Source: Dehalococcoidia bacterium (lineage in GTDB: Bacteria > Chloroflexota > Dehalococcoidia > Bin125). Taken from it: a stretch of DNA of 64,000 nt. Positions 8,765 to 18,713 of this stretch are shown one piece after another. The first letter of the stretch is position 1. Every line of letters begins with the position of its first letter. Location of the stretch: positions 320,001-384,000 of the forward strand of contig CAXXRD010000002.1 in assembly GCA_963663895.2 (NCBI GenBank). Direction: 5' to 3'. A model generated the notes under the pieces. It saw nothing but the letters and a program-made list of their open reading frames with translations. It made no database searches and had not been told where the DNA came from. The position numbers and the translations under genes were made by a program.

Positions 8765-11291
8765 CTACCCAGGCACCGCAAGAGGGAACTCTTCTTCCTT
8801 GAACACGATCGTGAACTTTCCCTTTGCGGGACCATCATCAACCTGGACCATTCCGCACTCGTACGTCTCGCCCCGATTCAGCCACTGCTCAAGCGTGTCG
8901 AAGAGATTGCGCTTGTAGTCGGTATCGGGATTGTCGAGATGCTTCCCCTTCGTCTCGACCATGAGGAACTGCGACTTCTTGTCGCTGTTCGTGGACATCG
9001 CAACGAAGTCCGGCCAGATGCGCTCCCGGCTTCCAGCCGCGAAGGTAGTACTCGTACTGCTGGCGGACGGCGATGCGGTGCCACCACTGGATCGCGTGAT
9101 GCTGGTCCGCGTAGAACGCGAAACGCCGCTCCAGATCCGAGTCGAACTGCCTGTCTAGGACCGTCTCGAACAGACTGCGCTGCACCGGCTGCTGATTGTA
9201 TGTGAGAGGTGGTTCGTCGGAGCTCACCGCGAGATCGAAGCTGTCGTACATGCGGAAGTTGGGGCGAGCGGCCTTGAGGTCAAAGCGAATCTCTCCCCGG
9301 TGGAGCTTCTCGCGGAACACGTCCTCCGCCTTCCGTTCGATCTGATCGGCGACGTGCTCCCGGAGCTGGGAGACCTGGAAGCGGCGCTGCGCGTAGATCT
9401 CTTCGTCGCTCAGCCCTCCGCGGCTCAGCGTCTCGATGAGTTCGCCGGCGATGCGAGCGGCCTGCCACGGATTGGGGATGAGGTCCGTGATCTGGCGGGT
9501 GAACCACTCAAGCGTGACCGTCGTATCCACCTCGATCGCTTCCTGCCGCACGGAAGGGTGGTAGCCGTCCCCAAGGTCGAACTCGATCATCTCAATGGAC
9601 GGTCCGTCGCCGGTCCCCGGGATCGCGGGTTGCGCCGGCGCGCTGATGGAACCCCACGCGATCGCCGAGAGGATGTGGCGGTGGTAGTCCAACTCTCGCC
9701 AGCCGCCGTTGCCGTCGGTGTGCAGCACCTTCGGGAGGAAGATGTCGCGGTTGCGGAAGCGCTCGCGCCGCCGCACGGTCCGCACCTGCATGTCCGTCGC
9801 GCTCACGCCGAACACGTCGTCTCCGATGCCCGTCAGCCCTTCCTTTTCGAGGCCGTTCTTCACCTGGTTGATGGCCGTGTCGACGGCGGTCTGCCAGCAG
9901 AAGACGTAGGAGCGATCGAGCCCATCGCGGCCCGTGCGGCGGGCGCAGGGCTGACGCATGACGCGGCCCATCAACTGCGTGATCGCCGTTGGGCTGCGAG
10001 TGTTGTCGAGCATCACGAGCAGATAGGCGAAGGAGCAGTCCCAGCCCTCCATCAACGCCGCCTTCGTGATGATCCAGCGCACGGGCGAGTATTCGGAAAG
10101 CAGGTCTTCATTCGCGATTTCGTCCAGTTCGGCGGACTTCACGGCCACTGCCTCCGGCGGCACGCCCAGCTGCTGCGTGAGGTAATCGCGCACGTCCTCG
10201 GCGTGGATATGGTCGTGGCTGCGTTGCTGCTTGCCCGTACGCTCAACGCGCACCACGGCGATGGGGCGGATGTAGCGTCCCTCGCTCGCGTCCAGCGATT
10301 CAGCCTCTTCGCTCAGATCGCTCAGCTTGTCGTACGCGCGCGACAGCGTCTCCTGCCAGCCGGCGTTGTCAACGGACGTGATCTCGATGGGCAGCTTGAT
10401 CATCTCCTCTTTCTTGAGGTCGACGCCGGAGATGTCCACGAGGAGGTTACTGACGTTGCGATGCGGTGTGGCGGAAAGCTCGATCACCATCCGGGGGTTG
10501 AGGCGGTTGACGGAGGCGACGAACTCGTCCGCGCCCTTGCCGCCGTAGGCCTTGTGCGCCTCGTCGAGCACGACGACGGGGCGCAGCAGCTTGAAAGCGT
10601 TGAAGAGGCTGTGCTTCACCGTCCCACCGCCGGAGCGCTCCAGATCGGGATGGCGTTCCAGCAGGGCGTCTGAGGCGCGCTCATCGTCGCTGGCGGGGAA
10701 CAGCGTCGGGTAGCGCCCCGAGTCGCGGAACATTCGCAGGAACTCCTTGCCCTTCCGCCGGTTCGTAGCGGGGAGCATCAGGAGCATCACACAGAGATAG
10801 TGCTCCACGTCCTGCCGCGTGAACGGGACATCCTTTTCGAGCATCTTCACGCGCCCACCACTGGCCCGCTCCAGCATCTGCCGGTATGGGTGCTCCCTAT
10901 TCCAGAAAGCAGCTCGCGTCTGCGCGTAGATGGCGCGGCTGGGGACGATCCAGAGGACAAGCCCCGTCTGCATCCCTAGCCGTTCGAGCGCCGCCGCGCC
11001 CAGCAGCGTCTTGCCGCCGCCCGTCGGAATCTTGAAGCAGGCGTGGGGAATGGGACGGCCGGCGCCGTCGGCGCGCGCGACGTAGGGCGCGGCGAGGTTC
11101 GCCACGTCGCCCGCCTCCGCGAGCCGCTTCCAAGCGGCGCGGGGGAAGTTCCGGTCCGAGTCCGCGACCTCAAGGCCCGCCCCTTCAAGCACAGCCGCCT
11201 TCGCTTCCGCTTCCCCGCGTGCGGCGTCAAGCGCCTTGCGCCAGCGGTCGAACGCCTCCAGCGTGCGGTGCTGGTACTCCTTCAGTTCCAC
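8765..11291 (-). CDS. res: Type III restriction enzyme Res subunit (SF2 helicase + PD-(D/E)XK nuclease), frameshifted at 9028-9029
   Basis: LKEYQ, PTGGGKT, DEAH, ELSATP, EGWD, QLMGRVMR; removing one G at 9028/9029 joins WKRERIWPDFVA...VETKG (nuclease motif) of ORF 8765..8998. Confidence 0.88.
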
Positions 11292-11298
11292 CGCTCGC

Positions 11299-12903
11299 CT
11301 ACCGCAGCCGGTGAATCTCGTAGGGCAGCTGGCAGAACGTGATGTGGTACTCGGCCGTCAGGTCCTGCTGACTGATGTACTTGGCCGCGCCGAAGACGAT
11401 CGCCTCCTTCGATCGCCCCGTGCCGATGCGCTTCGCCCGTTGCTCGTTGAGCACGGCGTCCTCGCTCTGGAGCCACTCGACGCTGGGTTCGTAGAGGAGA
11501 AAGTAGTCGCGCCGGTCGTCGCTATAGAAATGGCCGTCCTCGTCCATGGCGCGAAGCTGGCCCGTGCGCGCGGAGACGCCCGTGGCGGTGTGCAGCAGCC
11601 AAGCGGCGAGCGCCGGGAAGTCCGGCAGCGCGTCGCCCCGCAGCATTCCCTCGACTGTGATCGGGACGCCCAGGGTGCAGTAGGTAAACGTACCGCCGAG
11701 CCCCTCACGCAAGGCGTCGTCTTTCGCATCTGGGACGCCCGCGATGACGCGGCGCACGCGCTCAGCCGTGATCGTGTCGGCGTAGTCCTCGCACTCTACG
11801 AGGATGAATTTACGATTCCCTTCGTCCGCTTCGTTGAGGGCAAGGACGGCGTGAGCGGTAGTGCCGCTACCGGCGAAGGAGTCGAGGACAATGCCATCAT
11901 TCGGACATCCTTGAACGATCAGTTGACGGATAAGTTTATGTGGCTTAGGAAATTCGAAAACTCGTGAGCCAAAAATCTCCTCTATCTCTTTAGTTCCATT
12001 CCTAGTGAAAATACCGTCACCGATAATTGAGGAGAATCCAGTAAATTGTTCCTTCAATTCATTAAGGAAAACTTTGATCCTCGGTCTTCCCGTTTGCTTC
12101 TTTGGCCAGAGTATTCTTTTCTCAGAGATCAGTTCTGCCATACGTTCCTGGTCATACCGCCATCCTCGAGGAGGACATCCATAGTTTTCTTTCGTTTCCG
12201 GGTTGATGAGGTCAAAATGCAGATTTGGCCGGGAATCTTTCTTTGCAAGCCCAACCATATTACCGCTAATCCAATCGCCTCTCGGATCGTTATCAGGATT
12301 AGAGTACAATCCAGCCTTTCTCTCGTCCCCTCGGATAGACTTTCCGTAAGAAACAACATATTCGTGGTCTATCGAGGCCCCATTCACGTTGCGATTATCT
12401 TTATTTTGGCGACTCTTCCAGACAAACTCTCCTAGAAAAAGTGCCTCTCCAAAAATATCATCCATTAGCATCCGTAGATGATGCTGCTCATTATCGTCGA
12501 TGGATATAAAAATCACTCCGTCGTCTGACAGAAGCTCTTTGAGTATATGTAGGCGAGGCCACATCATGCACAGCCACTTGTCGTGGCGTTCGAGGTCCTC
12601 GCCGTCGATCGGTGAGTTCTGCTTGAACCACTCCTGGTGGAGCGGGCTGTTGACGTTGTCGTTGTACGCCCAGTCCTCGTTCCCGGTGTTGTACGGCGGG
12701 TCGATGTAGATGCACTTGACGCGGCCCGCGTAGCGCGGCAGCAGCGCCTTCAGTGCGTGCAGGTTGTCGCCGTGGATGACAAGGTTGCCATCGGTGGCGG
12801 GCTCCTCCACTGATCTCGCGGGGTCGGGAACGAGGGGCCGGTAGGGAACCGTCAGGTGGTGGGCGTAGACGTGTGCTTTGCCCTTGAACTCCAGTGCGGA
12901 CAC
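11299..12903 (-). CDS. mod: Type III restriction-modification methyltransferase Mod (N6-adenine, beta class)
   Basis: IHGDNL, YIDPPYNTG, ISIDDNE, FEFPKP, LDSFAGSGTTAHAV; directly upstream of res. Confidence 0.93.
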   Translation of the reverse strand: MSALEFKGKAHVYAHHLTVPYRPLVPDPARSVEEPATDGNLVIHGDNLHALKALLPRYAGRVKCIYIDPPYNTGNEDWAYNDNVNSPLHQEWFKQNSPIDGEDLERHDKWLCMMWPRLHILKELLSDDGVIFISIDDNEQHHLRMLMDDIFGEALFLGEFVWKSRQNKDNRNVNGASIDHEYVVSYGKSIRGDERKAGLYSNPDNDPRGDWISGNMVGLAKKDSRPNLHFDLINPETKENYGCPPRGWRYDQERMAELISEKRILWPKKQTGRPRIKVFLNELKEQFTGFSSIIGDGIFTRNGTKEIEEIFGSRVFEFPKPHKLIRQLIVQGCPNDGIVLDSFAGSGTTAHAVLALNEADEGNRKFILVECEDYADTITAERVRRVIAGVPDAKDDALREGLGGTFTYCTLGVPITVEGMLRGDALPDFPALAAWLLHTATGVSARTGQLRAMDEDGHFYSDDRRDYFLLYEPSVEWLQSEDAVLNEQRAKRIGTGRSKEAIVFGAAKYISQQDLTAEYHITFCQLPYEIHRLR

Positions 12904-13221
12904 GGGAGCCCTCCCCTTGGGCGCATGCGCGAGTCGAAACCGGCTGCTAATTCATGCAAGCGCTTGCGGTTATGCGCGGATTCTGCCCTAGAACAGATGT
13001 GCGCGCAAGTTTCCTGCCCCATAACCAAGCCCAGTTCCTCATCCGTCCGCGCGTCAAGGGGACTTCTCCCACGCCGTCTGTGGCCACACCATCTTCGCGG
13101 CTACCGAAGCGGTAAGAGCGGCGGCTTCCCTTGACCTCCTCGTGATCGGTACCATCCTCACGGCGGCTGGCGTCTGGGGGCAGATGGTGATCTCCGTCCA
13201 CAGCAGAGAGAGGCGACGCCC

Positions 13222-13386
13222 ATGCTAAAGAGGGGCCGCGACGGCATCGCCGGCCGGATGCGCGGGCTCGCGGCGGCGATCCTCTGCGTTGTCACGCTGC
13301 CTATTCTCGCGTGGCGCGTCGTGCAGATCTGGCGATCGATCCGCGGAGGGGGCGGGCGATGCCCGTTTCGGGGAGGGATTCCCTGA
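13222..13386 (+). CDS. Putative 54-aa single-pass membrane protein
   Basis: ATG 13222 after gagagagg; MLKRGRDGIAGRMRGLAAAILCVVTLPILAWRVVQIWRSIRGGGGRCPFRGGIP; below the ORF-track cutoff. Confidence 0.35.
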   Translation: MLKRGRDGIAGRMRGLAAAILCVVTLPILAWRVVQIWRSIRGGGGRCPFRGGIP

Positions 13387-13463
13387 GGCGAGGCCCTGTG
13401 GGTAAAACCAGGTCCACAAGCTCTTTTCGCAACGCTCATCTCACGGCCGCGTTCGATTGCGCC

Positions 13464-14318
13464 CTACCCCACCCCGCGCTGGAAAGCCGCCTCGGCGGCG
13501 GCGTCCAGGGCCGTGCGCAGGGCGTGACCGTCGCGGGCGAGGACGCGGAGGTAGGCGCCGCAGCCGTTGGGGAGCAGGGAGGCGCCGGCCCAGGCGTCCA
13601 GCGGGGCGACGGCCGCGCGCAGATCGCCGACGCACCCGCCGTCAAACGGCGCGCCAAGGGCGTAGACGGCGCCCTGGGCGGGGAAGCGGCGCAGGGTTTC
13701 GCGCAGCTCGGGGCGGCGCTGGGGGTCGGCGATGCGCTGGCGATCGACGGCCCGCGGCTCGCCGTCCGCGTCGCTCACGATCAGCTCGCTCTCGAAGAGC
13801 CGGAAGAGTCCAGGGGCGGCGGCCTCGGGCGCGTGATGGAGAAAGGCCTCCCGCACCACCGCCCGCGCGCCCGGCGCAAGCTGGACCCGGGTGGACGAGG
13901 CCGCGCGGGCGTCCGGGAACAGGATCAGGGGGTCGGCGGAGTACTCCACGCATCCGGAGGCCGCGACCCGCAGATCGACGTGGGTGGCCGCCAGCTCCCC
14001 GTCGCTGCGATGGATCTTGGTGGCGGCCTGCGTGACAAGCCGGACGCGGGCGGCCTCGCCGATCTCCACGTACAGGGAGAGCCGGTCGCCGGCGAAGAGC
14101 CCGCCCGACACCGATTGCAGACAGAGCGTGGGCAGATCGGGGCGCTCGGGATCAAGGTAGAGCGGCTTCACGACGTGGTGCGGGTACTCGCAGTACTGGT
14201 GCACGAGCGTCGTGCGGCCGTCCGCGTCCCGCTCGAAGCGGAGCTCCGCGCGCGCCTCCAAACCGGCATCGACGGGGGCCGGAGGCGGCCGGCCGAGCGC
14301 CGCTTCCGCCACGGTCAC
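13464..14318 (-). CDS. ureD: Urease accessory protein UreD/UreH
   Basis: [30 protein letters not shown]; GTG start overlaps the ureG stop (GTGA). Confidence 0.88.
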   Translation of the reverse strand: MTVAEAALGRPPPAPVDAGLEARAELRFERDADGRTTLVHQYCEYPHHVVKPLYLDPERPDLPTLCLQSVSGGLFAGDRLSLYVEIGEAARVRLVTQAATKIHRSDGELAATHVDLRVAASGCVEYSADPLILFPDARAASSTRVQLAPGARAVVREAFLHHAPEAAAPGLFRLFESELIVSDADGEPRAVDRQRIADPQRRPELRETLRRFPAQGAVYALGAPFDGGCVGDLRAAVAPLDAWAGASLLPNGCGAYLRVLARDGHALRTALDAAAEAAFQRGVG

Positions 14319-14950
14319 CGCGCCGCCGCCAGCGCCCGCGCGCGCGCCGCGTCGATCTGCGCCAGCACGCCCTCCAAGCCCTCGCCGGTCAGGCAGTTGG
14401 TATAGGCGACGGGGCGCTCCCCGCGCGCGCGGGCCAGCTCCCGCCGCATCCGATCGAGGTCGGCGCGCACGTAGGGCGCGATGTCGATCTTGTTGACCAC
14501 GAGCAGGTCGCACTGCAGGATGCCGGGGCCGCGCTTGCGGGGGATGTCGTCGCCGGCGCCGACGTCGATGACGAAGAGCCAGGCATCGACGAGCTCGGAG
14601 GAGAAGGTGGAGGCGAGGTTGTCGCCCCCGCTCTCGATCACGACCAGGTCCAGGCGGGGGCAGGCGCGTTCCAGCCGCCGCAGCGCCTCGTTGTTGAGCG
14701 AGGGGTCCTCGCGGATCGCCGTGTGCGGGCAGGCGCCGGTCTCCACGCCCAGCACGCGCGCCGGGTCGATGAAGCCGCGCCCGCGCAGGCGCTCCGCGTC
14801 CTCCTGCGTGAGCAGGTCGTTGGTGATGATGGCGATCTCCCAGCCGCGCTCTTGCAGGCGCGGAACGAGCGCCTCGATCAGGGCCGTCTTGCCGGAGCCG
14901 ACGGGGCCGCCGATCCCCAGGCGCAGGGGCCGGGCCGCGCGATCCGTCAT
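14315..14950 (-). CDS. ureG: Urease accessory GTPase UreG
   Basis: [36 protein letters not shown]; ATG overlaps the ureC stop. Confidence 0.96.
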   Translation of the reverse strand: MTDRAARPLRLGIGGPVGSGKTALIEALVPRLQERGWEIAIITNDLLTQEDAERLRGRGFIDPARVLGVETGACPHTAIREDPSLNNEALRRLERACPRLDLVVIESGGDNLASTFSSELVDAWLFVIDVGAGDDIPRKRGPGILQCDLLVVNKIDIAPYVRADLDRMRRELARARGERPVAYTNCLTGEGLEGVLAQIDAARARALAAAR

Positions 14951-16659
14951 CGCAGCAGGTAGCGCTGCGCCAGCGGCAACTCGGACGCGGGCGCACAGGT
15001 CGCCAGCTCGCCGTCGACGTAGACGCGGAAGGTCTCGGGATCCACGCGCATCTCGGGGCAGGCGGCGTTGTGCAGCATGTCGCGCTTGCCCAGCTCCCGC
15101 GTGCCGCGCGCGCCCACCAGCCGCTTCTCGAGCCCCAACGTCCCGCCCAGGCCGGCGTCGAGCGCGGCCTGCGAGACGAAGCTGACGCTGAGCGCCTGCT
15201 TGGCCCGTCCGAAGGCGCCCCATTGGGGCCGCATCGTCACCGGCTCGCAGGTCATCAGCGAGGCGGCGCTGTCGCCCATCGCCGCCCAGGCGATGAAGCC
15301 GCCCTTGATCACCAGCTCCGGCTTGATCCCGAAGAAGGCGGGGCGCCAGAGCACGACGTCGGCCAGCTTGCCGTCCTCCAGCGATCCGATCTCGTGATCG
15401 ATGCCGAAGGCCCGCGCCGGGTTGATGGTGTACTTGGCGATGTAGCGCTTGATGCGCTCGTTGTCGCCGCGGGCGACGCGCTCCTCGGCCAGCCGGCCGC
15501 GCTGGTCGCGCATCTTGCTCGCCAACTGCCAGGTGCGGCAGATCACCTCGGCGATGCGGCCCATCCCCTGGCTGTCCGAGCCGAGCATCGAGATCGCGCC
15601 GATGTCGTGGAGAACGTCCTCGGCGGCGATCGTCTCCGCGCGGATGCGGCTCTCGGCGAAGGCGACGTCCTCCGGCACGGAGGGGTTGAGGTGGTGGCAG
15701 ACCATGGTCATGTCGAGGTGCTCGTCGAACGTATTGACCGTGTAGGGGTTCGTCGGGTTCGTCGACGAAGGGAGGCAGTTGGGCTCGCCCGTGACGCGGA
15801 TGATGTCGGGCGCGTGGCCGCCGCCGGCGCCCTCCGCGTGGTACATGTGGATCGTCCGGCCCTTGATGGCAGCGAGCGTGTCCTCCAGGAAGCCGCTCTC
15901 GTTGAGCGTGTCCGTGTGCAGCTGCACCTGGAAGTCCATCTCGTCGGCGACCGAGAGGCAGCAGTCGATCACCGCCGGCATGGCGCCCCAGTCCTCGTGG
16001 ATCTTCAGCCCCAGGCAGCCCGCCTCGATCTGGTCGACGAGCGATCGCGGCTTGGAGGAGTTGCCTCGTCCCAGGAAGCCGAAGTTCATCGGCCAGGCCT
16101 CGGCCGCCTGCAGCATGCGGGCGACGTTCCAGGCGCCGCCGCAATCGATCCCGACCGTGATCGGCCCCAAGGAGCCGCCCAGCATGGTGGTGATGCCGCT
16201 GCTGATCGCGTGGGCGACGAGCTGGGCGCTGTCGAAGTGCACGTGGCAGTCGATGGCGCCGGGGGTCGCGATCAGCCCCTCCCCATCGCGCACGGTGGTC
16301 GCGGCGCCGCACAGCAGCCGCGGGTCGACGTTGTCCATGGTGGCGGGGTTGCCCGCCTTGCCGATGCCGACGATGCGGCCATCCTTGATGCCGATGTCGC
16401 CCTTGACCACGCCCACGATCGGGTCGATCACCACCACGTTGCTGACGAGCATGTCGAGGGAGCCGTCGGCGCTGGCAAGCCCCGGCACGAGACCGAGACC
16501 GTCCCGTAAGGTCTTGCCGCCGCCGTGGAGCCCCTCGTCTCCGGGGAAGGCGTGGTCGTGCTCCACCTCCGCTAAGAGCGCAGTGTCGCCCAGGCGGACG
16601 GCGTCGCCGGTGGTGGGGCCGTAGAGCGTAGCGTAGCGGGAGCGGGAGATCGTCGCCAT
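14947..16659 (-). CDS. ureC: Urease alpha subunit (divergent substrate pocket)
   Basis: [56 protein letters not shown]. Confidence 0.96.
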   Translation of the reverse strand: MATISRSRYATLYGPTTGDAVRLGDTALLAEVEHDHAFPGDEGLHGGGKTLRDGLGLVPGLASADGSLDMLVSNVVVIDPIVGVVKGDIGIKDGRIVGIGKAGNPATMDNVDPRLLCGAATTVRDGEGLIATPGAIDCHVHFDSAQLVAHAISSGITTMLGGSLGPITVGIDCGGAWNVARMLQAAEAWPMNFGFLGRGNSSKPRSLVDQIEAGCLGLKIHEDWGAMPAVIDCCLSVADEMDFQVQLHTDTLNESGFLEDTLAAIKGRTIHMYHAEGAGGGHAPDIIRVTGEPNCLPSSTNPTNPYTVNTFDEHLDMTMVCHHLNPSVPEDVAFAESRIRAETIAAEDVLHDIGAISMLGSDSQGMGRIAEVICRTWQLASKMRDQRGRLAEERVARGDNERIKRYIAKYTINPARAFGIDHEIGSLEDGKLADVVLWRPAFFGIKPELVIKGGFIAWAAMGDSAASLMTCEPVTMRPQWGAFGRAKQALSVSFVSQAALDAGLGGTLGLEKRLVGARGTRELGKRDMLHNAACPEMRVDPETFRVYVDGELATCAPASELPLAQRYLLR

Positions 16660-16662
16660 CGC

Positions 16663-17358
16663 TCACGCTCCCCCAAAGCCGCGCTCAGCGGCGCGGCGCA
16701 GGGCGGCCGCTTCGACCGGCGGCTGCGTGCGATCGCCGTCCGTCAGGCTGTTCAGGCCGAAGAGCTCGCCGCTGCCCCCGAACTCCACCAATGAGACTTC
16801 CTTGCTCTCACCGGGCTCGAAGCGCTGCGCCGTGCCGGCCGGGATATCGAGGTGCATCCCGAACGCCGCCGGGCGATCGAACTCCAGGGCACGGTTGACT
16901 TCGAAGAAATGGTAGTGACTGCCGACCTGCACCGGCCGGTCGCCCTGATTGACGACGCGCACGGTGGCGCTGCGCCGTCCCGCGTTGAGCTGGATCTCTC
17001 CCGCCGCGGGGAGGATCTCGCCGGGAACGACCGCTGTGGCCTGGGGCTCTTGGCCGGGCCGGATCGGATCGTGCAGCGTGACCAGCTTGGTGCCGTCTGG
17101 GAAGGTCGCCTCGACCTGGATCATGGGCGTCATCGCCGCGACGCCGGGCAACACGTCATCGGTGGTGAGGATCGTGGTTCCCGCGGTGATCAGCTCCGCG
17201 ACGGAATGCCCGTCGCGGGCACGCTCCAAGATCTCGTCCGAGATGAGCGCAACGGCCTCCGGATGGTTCAGCTTGAGCCCGCGCGCTCTGCGTTTGCGCG
17301 CCAGCTCGGCCGCGCTGAAGATCAGGAGGCGCTCGGTTTCCGTCAGCGTCAGCAGCAT
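16663..17358 (-). CDS. ureAB: Fused urease gamma/beta subunit
   Basis: [10 protein letters not shown]...[11 protein letters not shown] (gamma) followed by PGE...[15 protein letters not shown]...[14 protein letters not shown] (beta) in one ORF. Confidence 0.95.
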   Translation of the reverse strand: MLLTLTETERLLIFSAAELARKRRARGLKLNHPEAVALISDEILERARDGHSVAELITAGTTILTTDDVLPGVAAMTPMIQVEATFPDGTKLVTLHDPIRPGQEPQATAVVPGEILPAAGEIQLNAGRRSATVRVVNQGDRPVQVGSHYHFFEVNRALEFDRPAAFGMHLDIPAGTAQRFEPGESKEVSLVEFGGSGELFGLNSLTDGDRTQPPVEAAALRRAAERGFGGA

Positions 17359-17385
17359 CGGTTCCTCTTCCCTCCTCTTTCCGCG

Positions 17386-18072
17386 TCAGTTCGCGAACAA
17401 GCGGCTGTCGATCTGCTCGTGGCGCAGGACAGCCAGTTCGACGATTGGAGCATAGCTAGCGAGCGCCTCGATCGGGGGCGGAGGCTGCGCCAGCATCTCC
17501 GCGAGCGCCGGTTGCATCGCCGTGAGCAAGCGCTGCCCCTCGACCGCACCGAGCGCCCCAAGCCGGATGGCCGCGCCCAGCACTCCCACGCACAGGGCGT
17601 GGGCGGCAACGGCGGCGGCCTCGGCTTCACTGAGTCCGGCACCGCGCCAGAGCAGTCCCTGGCAAGCGGCCAAATGCCCCGGAGCCGTGTGACGGCCGAC
17701 CCGCTCTTGATAGGCCCGGGCATTGGGCGTCGCCAACTGGCCGTGGACCCCCAACAACGCCGCTCCCGCCCGGCAGGAACCCTCTCGCAGCTCCTTGGGG
17801 AGCGTCGCCGCCTCCAGCGCGCGATCCGCGATCGCAACGGCCTCCAGGTCGTCGGCGGCGCGATGCGCGGCGGCGATGACCGCCCTGTCGCATTCCGCCC
17901 AGCGACCGAGTACCTGCTCCCGCAAGAGCCGTCCGACCTCCTCGCCGCTCGGCAGGCGGCCCTCAATATGCAGCGTCTCCACCCCCTGGGAGAAGGCCAC
18001 TCCTCCACTCGGGAAAAAGCTGTCCCCATGCTGCAGCGCTGGCAGTAACGCCACGGTCGAACTCAGATCCAA
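17386..18072 (-). CDS. ureF: Urease accessory protein UreF
   Basis: LQHGDSFFPSGGVAFSQGVE N-terminus, RLFAN C-terminus; start uncertain (TTG 18072 or GTG 18054), abutting the soxG stop. Confidence 0.9.
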   Translation of the reverse strand: MDLSSTVALLPALQHGDSFFPSGGVAFSQGVETLHIEGRLPSGEEVGRLLREQVLGRWAECDRAVIAAAHRAADDLEAVAIADRALEAATLPKELREGSCRAGAALLGVHGQLATPNARAYQERVGRHTAPGHLAACQGLLWRGAGLSEAEAAAVAAHALCVGVLGAAIRLGALGAVEGQRLLTAMQPALAEMLAQPPPPIEALASYAPIVELAVLRHEQIDSRLFAN

Positions 18073-18713
18073 GGTGGACGGAAACCATCGACCTCGATGC
18101 CGAATTCCGTCCCCGCATCGAGCACCGCATCGAACAGGTACTGCCCGAAAGCGCGGTCGCACTGGAGCAAATAGGCAGGCTCGCCGTCGCGGTCGTGCCG
18201 GACGATCTCGGCAACCAGCTTGGCGACCGAGCTGCGGAAGGCCGCGCCGTCGGGCGTGACGCCGTCGCTAAAGTCGATCGCACAGATCTTGGCAAGCAAC
18301 GCGGCGGCTGCGGCCCCGGCCAGCCGCATCAGCGCGTGGCCGTGCGTCACCTCCACCGCGCTCAAAAACTCGTCGCCGCCGTCGTCTCGATCGAGCGCCG
18401 CGACCGACGCCAGCCGCTCCTCCGCGCCGGGCGGTCCCAGGAGCGTCCACTCTCCAGGTCCCCAACCGATCACGAGCAGGTCCGGACTGAGTAGCCGCGC
18501 TGCGCCGAAGCCGACACCGAAGCGTGCGTGGAACCGCCCTTCCCCATCTCCCCGGGCCAACAGTTTCGCCAAGGGCGTGCAATCGGTGAGGCGCAGCACG
18601 GCGCCGCTGCGGCGTCCGCTCATCTCCCAGCCCTGCGCAACGACAACCGGCGGGAGCGGCGTGATGGGGCTGCGCGCGAGCAGCCGAGCCACTGGAGCGC
18701 CGCCCTCAGACAC
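18063..18713 (-). CDS. soxG: Heterotetrameric sarcosine-oxidase-type gamma subunit (NMG dehydrogenase subunit D)
   Basis: GPGEW, EVTHG, LAKICAIDF, DRAFGQYL; GTG start overlaps the alpha-subunit stop. Confidence 0.8.
   Translation of the reverse strand: MSEGGAPVARLLARSPITPLPPVVVAQGWEMSGRRSGAVLRLTDCTPLAKLLARGDGEGRFHARFGVGFGAARLLSPDLLVIGWGPGEWTLLGPPGAEERLASVAALDRDDGGDEFLSAVEVTHGHALMRLAGAAAAALLAKICAIDFSDGVTPDGAAFRSSVAKLVAEIVRHDRDGEPAYLLQCDRAFGQYLFDAVLDAGTEFGIEVDGFRPPWI

Noticed and set aside
11299-12903. Phase-variable simple sequence repeat in mod
   Set aside because: No tandem repeat tract or long homopolymer seen in the gene or its upstream region
8646-13434. Possible direct repeats flanking the RM system (ccaacagctcttgcgcaacg vs ccacaagctcttttcgcaacg)
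   Set aside because: Short, gapped and mismatched; compatible with chance
14315-16666. Apparent 783-aa UreG fusion and 510-aa UreD fusion
   Set aside because: Open alternate frames over ureC and ureG; real starts are at the ATGA/GTGA overlaps (14950, 14318)
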